From a virus: a DNA stretch of 57,271 nt. The notes beneath the pieces are model-generated. The model saw only the letters and a program-made list of their open reading frames with translations. It ran no database searches and was not told the origin of the DNA. Location of the stretch: positions 1 through 57,271 of IMG/VR virus record IMGVR_UViG_3300045918_000348. The stretch is one strand, 5' to 3'. Below are positions 34,359 to 44,030 of this stretch, piece by piece. Each line of letters starts with the position of its first letter. Position 1 is the first letter of the stretch. A program made the position numbers and the translations under genes.

Positions 34359-35834
34359 TTAATCTTCGTTATAAAGCCATTTTTTACGGTCAACTAAAAT
34401 ATTGATGGCATCTTCTTTTTTCAATTTTGGTGAAGCCTTAATGAGAGCAGCAATTCTTTCATCATTTTTTCCAGGAGGTAGATTAATACCAGCTCGGTGC
34501 AACATTACGCGGCGACCATAACGATATTTAGTCATCATGCGATGTAAAACTGCTTTATTAGAGTCTTCCAAACTCCATATTTTTGATGGGTCTCCAATAA
34601 TAGACTTAGCAATATTTTGTTCGTGGTCAGTTAAAACACCTGGACCAAAGTATTCAAGTCGCATGTTGCCTACGATACCTTGCACAATGTTTTTTGTTTC
34701 GGCACTACTTGCAAAACTAAATATCTTAGTAACTGGATTATCTCCAAAATAATCTATTTTCTGTTGAAGTGCGTCCAAATCACCAAGAACTTTATCACCA
34801 AGTGCCAAGCCCTCTTTTGGGTCATTTAACTTTGATGCAATATGCTTAGAGTGGGCTACGCCAGTTAAACCATTTCCAAGTGGAACAAAATTTTCATGAA
34901 TTTCAGAACCCTTACCTGTACGAGGTATACTCATAGCTTCATCATCTCTCATTATACCATTACTTGTCAATTGATTTATTTGTTTTCTACTAGTTACTTC
35001 GAGTGACATCTTTTCAATATCAGCTCCCATTTTAGCGAGACGGCCCTTAGCTAATGCACTGTTTGTATTAGCGTTCATGACGCGAACCTGATAGTCGGCC
35101 TGCTTTAACATCATTTCATAGGCCTTCATTTGCTGTTGTTGGTCCCATTTATTCTGTTTTGCTTTTTGCTGTAGTTGTCGTTCCATCATATCTAAAACGG
35201 GATTTGTCTTTGCCCCACTTAGACCTTGACTATAAGCTCCCATCATTGCAGCTATTCCTTGCGCAATCATTTGGCCCCAATTTGAATCTTGCTTATCAAG
35301 TCCTAAATCTGATTTGACTTTTGTTTCATCGGCCTGGTCTTTATTATCTGCAGCTTTTTGTCTATTGGCAAGTTCTTGTTGGCGTATTTTTACGTCGGCA
35401 TCTAACGCTAAATCATTAGCACGCTGCTTAGTTGCTTGGTCATTTGCTTGAACTAATTCACCATCTTCTTTAGCTTTTTGTTCCGCATAAGGTGTACCTT
35501 CAAGTAAACTATTGGCAAATGTGTTTAAAACATTATCATGTTCAGCGTTTGAGTTCGCTAAAAACTGCTGTGTATTTTGACTATTAGCTTGACCTTGAGC
35601 TGCAACTTGTTGAGCAGCAGAATCCCAAGGCACTTGATTATAAGGCTGCTCTGTATTCCATTTATTAGCAGCATCTTGTGCAGCCATTGACGCTGCTTGT
35701 TGACTTGTAGCATCAGGACCTATTTGAGAAATATCAGCAGTTGCTTGTCCAGGACGTTGCAAGTACTGTGGTACTTCAGTTGTTTGTTGTCCATCATTTT
35801 GCACAGTTGTATCTGTACCTTCAAGTAATCCCAT
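34359..35834 (-). CDS. virion protein (491 aa, Gln-rich coiled coil)
   Basis: Long ORF in the structural operon. Confidence 0.7.
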   Translation of the reverse strand: MGLLEGTDTTVQNDGQQTTEVPQYLQRPGQATADISQIGPDATSQQAASMAAQDAANKWNTEQPYNQVPWDSAAQQVAAQGQANSQNTQQFLANSNAEHDNVLNTFANSLLEGTPYAEQKAKEDGELVQANDQATKQRANDLALDADVKIRQQELANRQKAADNKDQADETKVKSDLGLDKQDSNWGQMIAQGIAAMMGAYSQGLSGAKTNPVLDMMERQLQQKAKQNKWDQQQQMKAYEMMLKQADYQVRVMNANTNSALAKGRLAKMGADIEKMSLEVTSRKQINQLTSNGIMRDDEAMSIPRTGKGSEIHENFVPLGNGLTGVAHSKHIASKLNDPKEGLALGDKVLGDLDALQQKIDYFGDNPVTKIFSFASSAETKNIVQGIVGNMRLEYFGPGVLTDHEQNIAKSIIGDPSKIWSLEDSNKAVLHRMMTKYRYGRRVMLHRAGINLPPGKNDERIAALIKASPKLKKEDAINILVDRKKWLYNED

Positions 35835-35835
35835 T

Positions 35836-37356
35836 TTATGGTCTCCTTATCGGCATAACAGTTTTAAGTTCCTGTATCATTTGTGCCTTAACTTGTGCGT
35901 GACGTTCTGGGTCATTTGCAAATTGTAGTAGTAGAGGCTTATACCTAGCAACTACTTGAGCACCACGTGCCTCATCATCAGGATGAAATGGTGACGATTG
36001 GGCCTGTTGCTCGGCGGCCACACGTTGGGCTTCTTTTTGTTGATATTGAGCAGCAATTTCACGGCGTTTCATTTCAAGTTGCTTCTCATTTTCCATGTTA
36101 TAAGGAGCACTAGAATCCCGTTGACTAACTGGGGCTGGTGCACGACCTTCTTGTTGGGTGGGTTTATCAGCACCTAACTGTTGTTTCCACTCACGACCTT
36201 TTTCATTTAGAGTCTTTTCTAATTCAACTAAACCGCCATCAGCATAAGTAGCACCATCTTTATTAATTCTATTTGTTTCAGTTTGTAGTTGGTCCATTGC
36301 GGCTTTACCATGCTGTTTTAAAAGCATCCCTAATTTCTGCAGCTCTAAGTTCGATGGTTGTTTTTTAGTTTTTTCTTTTTTATCATCTTCACTAGCCATA
36401 TTATTTTCCTTTATAATTGGAGTTTTTCCATACATATCTTTTGCCCATTCTGGAAGAATACCAGTCTTTTGGTCAGCATATTGTGTATTTGCTGGATTAG
36501 AACGATTAAGTTCTCCTTTAGGACCATAGTTAACCCATGAATTTTGTCCTCTAGTTTCAGTTGTAAGTGCATTTTGGGCTTCTTGTGTATACATAGGCAT
36601 ATGTTGTCTCCATGCATTTTCTTCACCTTTAGGACCAAAAGACGTACCTTCTTTTACATGACCAAAATAATCATGAACAATTCTAAAAACATCATTAGCA
36701 AGAAGTGGTTTTCCATTAACTTTTGCAGATGTTTCTTGTAATAAAGGATTATCAGTTACTTTATTTGATGTACCAAAACCTTGTTCTGTTGGATAATAAT
36801 ATAAATGGCCATTTTCTTTTACATCTTGTATCATTGCTTTGGAATCTTTATATGGATTTTGTACTCCTTCTTTTATTGGGGTAATTTTTAATCCTGTTTT
36901 CATGATAGAATTAAACTGGTCCATAGTTTCTTTAATTAAGGAACTATATGCAGATTTTACTTTTAGGTCTTCAGGATTGTGTGGCATTTTATCAAATGCT
37001 TCTGCAATGGCTTTTGCCCTTTTAGGATTTACTTCTACTTGTGGTACAACTTCAGATTTTAAACCTGCATTTTTAGCATAATCTTTAGCAACATTTCTTA
37101 TCAATTCTTGGGATTGAGCACCTTTAGTGTCTTTCGTGCCACTTTTCATAGATGCAATTGGAAGGGCAGCTTCAATAGCAGTTGCAATTGCAGTTTGACC
37201 ATAAGGGTTAGATGTTAATTTAGTGGCAATTTCTTCACCACCTGGACCCTTTAAATAAGGACTATTATCAAACCCTAATGCAGGACCCTTTTGTTGCTCG
37301 GCCATATCGGCAACAATTTTTGCATATATATCTTTTGCAGATGAATTAGTAGGCAT
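35836..37356 (-). CDS. virion protein (506 aa)
   Basis: Long ORF. The conserved-looking VHDYFGH segment has no function I can assign. Confidence 0.7.
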   Translation of the reverse strand: MPTNSSAKDIYAKIVADMAEQQKGPALGFDNSPYLKGPGGEEIATKLTSNPYGQTAIATAIEAALPIASMKSGTKDTKGAQSQELIRNVAKDYAKNAGLKSEVVPQVEVNPKRAKAIAEAFDKMPHNPEDLKVKSAYSSLIKETMDQFNSIMKTGLKITPIKEGVQNPYKDSKAMIQDVKENGHLYYYPTEQGFGTSNKVTDNPLLQETSAKVNGKPLLANDVFRIVHDYFGHVKEGTSFGPKGEENAWRQHMPMYTQEAQNALTTETRGQNSWVNYGPKGELNRSNPANTQYADQKTGILPEWAKDMYGKTPIIKENNMASEDDKKEKTKKQPSNLELQKLGMLLKQHGKAAMDQLQTETNRINKDGATYADGGLVELEKTLNEKGREWKQQLGADKPTQQEGRAPAPVSQRDSSAPYNMENEKQLEMKRREIAAQYQQKEAQRVAAEQQAQSSPFHPDDEARGAQVVARYKPLLLQFANDPERHAQVKAQMIQELKTVMPIRRP

Positions 37357-37358
37357 TA

Positions 37359-38711
37359 TTATTTGCCCTTCTTCTTGGCCATCAAAGCTTTTACCAATTG
37401 AGAAACATCTCTACTGCTTATCTTTTTTCCTGCATTTAATTTTTGCAAGTGCTCAAGTACTCCAGGGCGCTTTACAACTGAGGCCTTAACAACAAATTCG
37501 CCATCAGACAAACGAGCAGGTATAGAGTCAGACGTTCCTGTACCTGGGCCATTTAATTTGCCGCCTTTTGTAGCGTTAACTGGACCACCTTGATTTTTCA
37601 TTATAGTAATTTTACCCCAGCCTTTGTCAGGAATTATTTCATCTACTTCTTTTGTATCTTTTGCGTCTTTAAGGGCTTTAGCAAGTCCACCGTTTTTGTA
37701 TCCATTGTCTGATTCATCATTATTGTTATCATTTTCATCATCGTCATCTTCATCATCAATTGATGTATCATCTTCAGTATCATATTCTTGATATTTAGAT
37801 ACGAGGCCACCTTTTTTATATTTTAAGGTAGGTTTAGATTTACCAGCTTCAATTAATCCACCATTCTTTTTAAATACTGGAAGTGATGATAAATCATAAT
37901 TGGCTCCAGTTATACTTTGCCCTGATGACCCACCATAATTTGTTCCACCTACTGAGTATCCTCCAGAACTGGGTGTTGAACTTCCACCACCACCACCACC
38001 ACCAGCAAAGCCTGCAATTAACTGTCCTGCAGTGCCCATCATCGCACCAAGCATATTATTTCCAGATGACGCATTAGCTGCAGCTTGTTGATTTGCAGCT
38101 TGAACTCTAGCTAATTCTTGTTGTTGTAAACTTTGTTTTGGCATCAAGGCTAAGTTTAAGTTTCCAGTAATATCTTGACGTAAGCCCTGTTGAGCAAGGC
38201 CTGCTTGGTTCATAAAATTTTGACGCTCTTGTAAACGTGCTTCTGCAGCACCTTGCGCAATATCTCTGCCTGACGAACCCATTTGCTGCATTAATTGGCG
38301 TTGTCCTAAAGCAGTTGAACCACCACGACCTGCTTTTGTTGCAGCTAGTTGTTGGGCCAGTGTTCTATCTTGTGCAGACTTCATTTGAGCTTCAGCTAGT
38401 GATGGGCCTTGTCCTGATGCAGCCATACCCATAGCTTTCATTACATCAGTTTGGTAAGGAGATGCTGCGCCCGCTACATTTTTACTATTTTGTAATACAG
38501 ATGCATAATCTTGTTGAGCAGGCTTAACTTCTTTAGATATATCCCAAAGTGCACGATTTGGAGCTTGTACATTAGCTGATTCAGCACCACCAGAAAGGGC
38601 TCCTCCAAGGGCTCCACCAAGTGCAGAACCAACAGCAGTTCCAACTCCAGGTATAAATGACCCTGCAACTGCGCCAATAACAGGCAACATTTTTTTAAAA
38701 CTTTTACCCAC
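37359..38711 (-). CDS. virion protein with an N-terminal glycine-zipper TM and an acidic D/E/N-rich tract (450 aa)
   Basis: VIGAVAGSFIPGVGTAVGSALGGALGGALSGG at the N-terminus and DDEDDDDENDNNNDESDN in the acidic tract. GTG start. Confidence 0.7.
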   Translation of the reverse strand: MGKSFKKMLPVIGAVAGSFIPGVGTAVGSALGGALGGALSGGAESANVQAPNRALWDISKEVKPAQQDYASVLQNSKNVAGAASPYQTDVMKAMGMAASGQGPSLAEAQMKSAQDRTLAQQLAATKAGRGGSTALGQRQLMQQMGSSGRDIAQGAAEARLQERQNFMNQAGLAQQGLRQDITGNLNLALMPKQSLQQQELARVQAANQQAAANASSGNNMLGAMMGTAGQLIAGFAGGGGGGGSSTPSSGGYSVGGTNYGGSSGQSITGANYDLSSLPVFKKNGGLIEAGKSKPTLKYKKGGLVSKYQEYDTEDDTSIDDEDDDDENDNNNDESDNGYKNGGLAKALKDAKDTKEVDEIIPDKGWGKITIMKNQGGPVNATKGGKLNGPGTGTSDSIPARLSDGEFVVKASVVKRPGVLEHLQKLNAGKKISSRDVSQLVKALMAKKKGK

Positions 38712-38712
38712 G

Positions 38713-39081
38713 TTAAATCTCCTTCATTAAATAAACAATATCTTGCTGTGCCGCGTGCAACTTAAATCCCAATGATAACATTATAGTTAGCATAGTGTGT
38801 CCAAACGGTGTATTTGGAACAACTGAGCCTGCAAGCTTATGTAAACCTTTTTGTTTAGCAATTTCTACGACCTCATTTAGTAACTGAACACCACGTCCAT
38901 TTTTTCGTTCTTCTTCTACAACAAATATATCCTGTAGATAACAAGAATCAGGGTACAGTTTATAAATTGCAAATCCCCAACTATACTCAATGAGATGCCC
39001 ACCTTCACGCTCCATTACATATTGACTGTGAAGTGATTTAACCATCGGTAAGGACACTTGTTTATCAACTTGTGAGTCCAT
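38713..39081 (-). CDS. GNAT-family N-acetyltransferase
   Basis: Motif A-like VVEEERKNGRGVQLLNEVVEIAKQKG (R/QxxGxG). Confidence 0.6.
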   Translation of the reverse strand: MDSQVDKQVSLPMVKSLHSQYVMEREGGHLIEYSWGFAIYKLYPDSCYLQDIFVVEEERKNGRGVQLLNEVVEIAKQKGLHKLAGSVVPNTPFGHTMLTIMLSLGFKLHAAQQDIVYLMKEI

Positions 39082-42020
39082 TAAGTAGTCCCAAATGACT
39101 GGCCACTTGGAAGTTTGCCAGTACCCTGTTTAGCTCCAGCCATTACGGTGATTGCCGAAATTGACAGGCCCTCACCTATTGTGTCCTGAACATCTTCAAT
39201 TAGCAGTTTAATAGATTGACACTTTTGAATCCCAAAATCAATACGGGCCTGATATGGTGTACCACTACCACCATAAATACCTTCACCATATGGACTTACA
39301 TCACCATACCTAGAAGTATCTACAAATTGGGCAGGGTCTATTATCACTTCATCTACCCAAGCATCTTTAAAATCATAAGCCACCCTTACACGCAACTTGT
39401 GGGCCGACTTATAAGTTCCAATGATGAGGGCCCTATAAACGCGCTGTAAACCCTGCATCTCTGTTAATGAAAGCCAAGCAGTTTCTACGCGCATTTTAAT
39501 TGGGCTTGCTGCATCTGCAAATGATGAACGGTTTTCTTTATAAAGCGCACCATCTTCTCGCAAATAATAGTAATCATTTAAAATGACTATGGATGATAAA
39601 GCTCCATGATTTTCAAAAGTTGCCCACTTCCCAAGTGCATAATTAAATACTAAAGTTGTATCTATGTCCAATGTAAAACGAACTTGATTGAGGGCTCCAA
39701 CAATTTGAGCCGACGTTATTGTGCGGTCATTATAAGCTTCAACCCTAACACCAATATATTCAAGAGCTAACCCATGAGTAATTTGATAAATCCCTTTACG
39801 ACTTTTAAACATTAGACCATTTGGTGTAAGGACAATTGAATCTGGTTGTATGCAGCCAATATCCATCCCAATTATTTCAGGTAGGTTTAGCGTATCTTGT
39901 TGGCCTAAATTGTTAGGGCCCTCACCAGATAAGAAAAAGCAGGCATCTTTCGACCATGCAATCATTTTATCGTCGATGGACCTTATTGCAGTTAGTGCAC
40001 CACCAGCAGGGTCAACATCTCGATATATAAGGTCGGTAAACTCTACGGGCCTACCTTCATCAACCATCTTACTAAAATAAATGCGATTTGAGTCTTCACC
40101 AATTACACATAAACGGTTAGAGTAATATACAGCCACTTGACTGCAGGCTGGTGCACTTATATTTTCGATTACTCCACCTGTAGTATATAAAGTTTCTCTA
40201 CTAATTAAAGTTGCATCAGCTATGGTGTCTGTAAAGCTCACAGTATCCACGGTCTTATCATTTGCAAGTGGTGATAAATCATCGGTAACTTTATAATAAG
40301 TAGTACCAGCAGCTTCAGTTCGGTATAAATCAATTTTAACATTAGACTTATCAGTTATGCGTAAAGTTGGTATTGCAACGGTTACTATTTGTGTTGATGT
40401 TCCACCACTTAATGTTGATGTGAGGGGTAGCGGTGTAGGTGTACTTAAGTGGTCACGTCCATTGTTGTCTACCCATCGGTAAACTGCAACATAACCGTAT
40501 GAACCATTAGACATTGAACCACCAGTTGTAGCAGTTGCACTTTGGCTAAGTGATTCTGGATAAATGTGAAATCCATGTTCACTTAAGGTGCTACCATCAT
40601 AGATACGTAGTAAACCTGCACAAATATGTAAACTATCCGCTAGTAGCGCATTTGAATACTTATTGGCTGGATTAAAGTCTATCGTAACTGCTTGAACGCC
40701 TTTAGTAGAGTAGAAAGTTCCGCTATCGCCGACAAGTCTACTTTTAAATAGGAGAGGCAGCATAATGCGGCCATCATCAAGTACTGATGGAGCTGGGACT
40801 ACTCCCCACGTAAGGACACCACTAGCAGTTTGGTCTGCATACTTGGTAACTATAAAGCCCGTTGAATCAACTACAAAATAAGTTGCTTGCAGGGCACTCT
40901 CATGCACAACAGAAACCATTTGAGTGGTTCCATAGTAGAAAGGTTCACTTGCAAGACCGACCGAGCGCATAAATACTGTGGGTGTACTAACAGTTCCACT
41001 TAAATTTAGTGTTGCAGATTTAACATAGTTATTTGATGTACCTGCTTGGGCCACTTCATAATAAAGTTTATAAGTATGGTCCAATTGTTGAATTGTGCTG
41101 CAGTTGGTGACATTTGACACCGACTCAATTAAAGTTACACCGAGGAGGGCAGACGTTAAAGCAAATGAATATATGGTTGCCTTAATAGTAGTAGTTGAAG
41201 CAAAAGTAAGAAGGACACGTGCATCTGGGTCCAACGTAATTTCAAGTGCATTAGTTGCAGTTTGTCCACTTATCCCGATAGTTGAGCTTTGTGTTCCAGC
41301 AGAGTTAATATAAAACATAGATGGAACTGCCCCATTATATGCAACAAATATTCGGTCACTTGCTTGGGTCACATCTATTAGACCTAGTGTCGCATGTCTG
41401 TCTGAAGCTGCTGTAGTGGCACTTGAAAGTACATCTGGATTGAAAATTGAAAATGTTTTATATTTAAGGTTTGTTGAATCCCCGTAAAAAATAAAAACTT
41501 GTCCCTGTACAACACCAACTTGTGGTCTCTCCCCAGTTGCACTTACAGTACCATTTGATACAAGGAAACTTTTCGTTGTAATGTCTTGTACGCTATATCG
41601 TATACCAGTAGAGCCTTCACGCCATGCAAAAATTTGTAAACCATTTGATATAACACTTGAAACTTGGTCTTGGTCATTTGCACTTTTGTATACACTTGAT
41701 ACGCGAGGCACAGCAGTTGATAGTTGGCCACGTTCGACCCACTTTAATGCGGCTTCTGAGTAACTGTAAAGTTTAGTTGGGCTGAGAACTAGAAGTTCTT
41801 CTTTATATTTTGCAAGTTTAACTGCATCTGTTATAGATGAACCATTAAGGTCTTTAAGTTCTTGCAAATCATACCCATTACGTTTACGAAACTGCTTTAA
41901 AGTTTCATACACAATATTCTCTGCTTTACGCAAAAAACCAACTTCACCCTGTTTTGGGTCAACCTTAGTATCAAGGCCCTGGTCTATTTGTAAGGGCACT
42001 AACTGCTTTTGTAAAGCCAC
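39081..42020 (-). CDS. large tail structural protein (979 aa)
   Basis: Largest ORF of the structural operon, downstream of the head genes. The function is inferred from size and position only. Confidence 0.7.
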   Translation of the reverse strand: MALQKQLVPLQIDQGLDTKVDPKQGEVGFLRKAENIVYETLKQFRKRNGYDLQELKDLNGSSITDAVKLAKYKEELLVLSPTKLYSYSEAALKWVERGQLSTAVPRVSSVYKSANDQDQVSSVISNGLQIFAWREGSTGIRYSVQDITTKSFLVSNGTVSATGERPQVGVVQGQVFIFYGDSTNLKYKTFSIFNPDVLSSATTAASDRHATLGLIDVTQASDRIFVAYNGAVPSMFYINSAGTQSSTIGISGQTATNALEITLDPDARVLLTFASTTTIKATIYSFALTSALLGVTLIESVSNVTNCSTIQQLDHTYKLYYEVAQAGTSNNYVKSATLNLSGTVSTPTVFMRSVGLASEPFYYGTTQMVSVVHESALQATYFVVDSTGFIVTKYADQTASGVLTWGVVPAPSVLDDGRIMLPLLFKSRLVGDSGTFYSTKGVQAVTIDFNPANKYSNALLADSLHICAGLLRIYDGSTLSEHGFHIYPESLSQSATATTGGSMSNGSYGYVAVYRWVDNNGRDHLSTPTPLPLTSTLSGGTSTQIVTVAIPTLRITDKSNVKIDLYRTEAAGTTYYKVTDDLSPLANDKTVDTVSFTDTIADATLISRETLYTTGGVIENISAPACSQVAVYYSNRLCVIGEDSNRIYFSKMVDEGRPVEFTDLIYRDVDPAGGALTAIRSIDDKMIAWSKDACFFLSGEGPNNLGQQDTLNLPEIIGMDIGCIQPDSIVLTPNGLMFKSRKGIYQITHGLALEYIGVRVEAYNDRTITSAQIVGALNQVRFTLDIDTTLVFNYALGKWATFENHGALSSIVILNDYYYLREDGALYKENRSSFADAASPIKMRVETAWLSLTEMQGLQRVYRALIIGTYKSAHKLRVRVAYDFKDAWVDEVIIDPAQFVDTSRYGDVSPYGEGIYGGSGTPYQARIDFGIQKCQSIKLLIEDVQDTIGEGLSISAITVMAGAKQGTGKLPSGQSFGTT

Positions 42021-42038
42021 TGAGAAGTTCCCTTCAAA

Positions 42039-42701
42039 TTATGTTATTGACCACTTAGATGAACCATCGGAAACGAGCCAAATAAGGCCATAATCAGATG
42101 ATTGAATTAGTGAAGATGCTCCATCAATTGTATCTCCACCAGTAACATTAACAGTAATATTGTTTGTACGCGCTAGTCCTGATATGTCTTTGATGCAGTA
42201 CATACGTCCAGGAGTAACCGATGATGCAAGTGGTAGTGTAATAGAACGTGCTACTGTAGTATCAGTAAATATATATACAAATGAATCAGTGTTTGCGATA
42301 ATAAGGTCACCTGTAATAGATATTGTAGTAAAACTTTCAATTGCAGCAGGAACAGATATAACTGCTCCACCACTTGTAAGTTGGATAGCAGCACCACTTG
42401 AGTTTGTATAGTAGAGGTCACCACTATATACTGAAATACCGCTTGAATTTGCAGCTCCACTTAGAGGGGCTCCTGTAACTGGAGTTAGACGAACATTTTT
42501 TAAATCGTAAAGTGAGTAGTTATTAAATGGTAGATGAGAATTTATATTAAGACCTGTTGCTGGTATTTTAACACCTTTACCGGAGCTGTGGTCATGTTGG
42601 TCTACTATTTCAAGGGCTGCATTTAATTCGGTTGCCCACTCAGGCCCAAGTGTAACACTTACAGTTGGTAGAGTTAGATTCATATAATTTGTAATCGACA
42701 T
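42039..42701 (-). CDS. tail structural protein (220 aa)
   Basis: ORF in the structural operon. The N-terminal LPTVSVTLGPEWATELNAALEIVDQHDHSSGKG looks like phage fibre/tail N-termini. Confidence 0.6.
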   Translation of the reverse strand: MSITNYMNLTLPTVSVTLGPEWATELNAALEIVDQHDHSSGKGVKIPATGLNINSHLPFNNYSLYDLKNVRLTPVTGAPLSGAANSSGISVYSGDLYYTNSSGAAIQLTSGGAVISVPAAIESFTTISITGDLIIANTDSFVYIFTDTTVARSITLPLASSVTPGRMYCIKDISGLARTNNITVNVTGGDTIDGASSLIQSSDYGLIWLVSDGSSKWSIT

Positions 42702-42716
42702 TTAAAGCTCCTTAAA

Positions 42717-43034
42717 TTAAAATACCCATAAATCAACTGTTACTTGGTTACTAGCCTGCAGGATAAGTAGCTTTTTTTCAAGTGGGTTAGTTTCCTGCAA
42801 GTCCCAAATATCTGCAGCTCCACGCTTCCTAATTATAATCCACCCTACAGGGGCGTCTTCTAGTCCGTGAGATATCGTTGTAGGACTGGTGTTTATTGTT
42901 ATATTTTTAACCAAGTTGCCCTGCACAATATGGGAACCAGTTAGAGGGTCAATAGCCAAATGTATATTTTCCTGCAACTTCATCAAGTTGGCATCCTGAA
43001 ATGCCATTTTTTTAAGATTTCTCGGTGCAGCCAT
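42717..43034 (-). CDS. structural protein (105 aa)
   Basis: ORF in the structural operon. Confidence 0.6.
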   Translation of the reverse strand: MAAPRNLKKMAFQDANLMKLQENIHLAIDPLTGSHIVQGNLVKNITINTSPTTISHGLEDAPVGWIIIRKRGAADIWDLQETNPLEKKLLILQASNQVTVDLWVF

Positions 43035-43043
43035 AGTCCCCTC

Positions 43044-43727
43044 TTAATTGCTTCCGCGTCTATAAGGGTCCATTATCTCTTGATATACATCAGTAACCGT
43101 TGGGGCAATATTGGCATCTCTATGTTGGCTTTTCTCACGTATGCGTTTTTCAAGCATCTGTTTTTGGCCAACTAGTAAGGTTACGTCTGACTCTTCTTTT
43201 TGCATCATCTTGATGGCTGCATCAACTATCACAAATTCTGAGTAGGCATTGAAGTCCTCTAAAGTATCGGTATCATCTACCAATTTAGTTGCTAGTGGAA
43301 CATACCAAATACGACATTCAGCAGTTCGGTCTGGCATAGGACTAAATCTAAGGGTCTGACCAACGAGGCGATACCTAATGTTAGCTATACCCATGTAGTC
43401 CCAGTAACGAAAGTTAGATGTTCTATTGCGCTCGTTAAAATTGTATCGTGAAATCGTCATATAATTAACACTATCAACTTTGACATCTACACCTTTAAGG
43501 TCATAGAAATCTGCAGGTAGGTTATAAGCTTCAGTCCCACTTACGATTGGAATTATATCTGATTTTAAAAAGTACTCAGAACCATAGCTCTCACTTAAAA
43601 TGTCATGTAATTCTGCAATAGAATTATTGAGGTAGCCCGTCAATTCAGCATCACTGACAAATTGGCTATTAACCATATCAGCACGTTGTCGGCTTTGAGT
43701 TTTGAGTTCACCTAATGTTATAGTCAC
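43044..43727 (-). CDS. putative head-tail adaptor / connector protein (227 aa)
   Basis: Position between the head and tail genes. No firm motif. Confidence 0.55.
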   Translation of the reverse strand: MTITLGELKTQSRQRADMVNSQFVSDAELTGYLNNSIAELHDILSESYGSEYFLKSDIIPIVSGTEAYNLPADFYDLKGVDVKVDSVNYMTISRYNFNERNRTSNFRYWDYMGIANIRYRLVGQTLRFSPMPDRTAECRIWYVPLATKLVDDTDTLEDFNAYSEFVIVDAAIKMMQKEESDVTLLVGQKQMLEKRIREKSQHRDANIAPTVTDVYQEIMDPYRRGSN

Positions 43728-43733
43728 TTGAAC

Positions 43734-43979
43734 TTACTCCATTTCTGAAGCTTCTTCAGGTCCTTCATCCATACACATAGATTGAAATGCTCGAAGAGAT
43801 TCTGCCAAAGCTTTTGGGTCTTTTTGTTCGATTGCAGCTAGTATATCATCTGCAGCGGCTTGGTATTCATCAACTTCTTCTTGTGTATCTCGGTTTTCTC
43901 TATCATCCATAGGATTGTTAGGCTGCATCTTCGACAAAATCAAAGTAGCCTTACTATTTTTATCATCTTTCATCAACAT
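43734..43979 (-). CDS. acidic protein (81 aa from the ATG behind AAGGAGC)
   Basis: The track ORF starts at GTG 44003. The internal ATG at 43979 has a much better SD. Confidence 0.55.
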   Translation of the reverse strand: MLMKDDKNSKATLILSKMQPNNPMDDRENRDTQEEVDEYQAAADDILAAIEQKDPKALAESLRAFQSMCMDEGPEEASEME

Positions 43980-43989
43980 TTTAAGCTCC

Positions 43990-44023
43990 TTGAAAAGAAA
44001 CACTCAAAGTTATCCTCTGAGTG
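43990..44023 (-). terminator. putative intrinsic terminator after the decoration genes
   Basis: Stem CACTCA / TGAGTG (44001..44006 and 44018..44023) followed on the minus strand by TTTCTTTTC. Confidence 0.4.
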
Positions 44024-44030
44024 TTTTTAT

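Noticed and set aside
37700-37800. The acidic D/E/N tract and the Gly/His-rich antisense ORFs in 37359..38711 as a separate element.
   Set aside because: The low-complexity region is in frame within a long virion gene. Nothing points to an independent feature.
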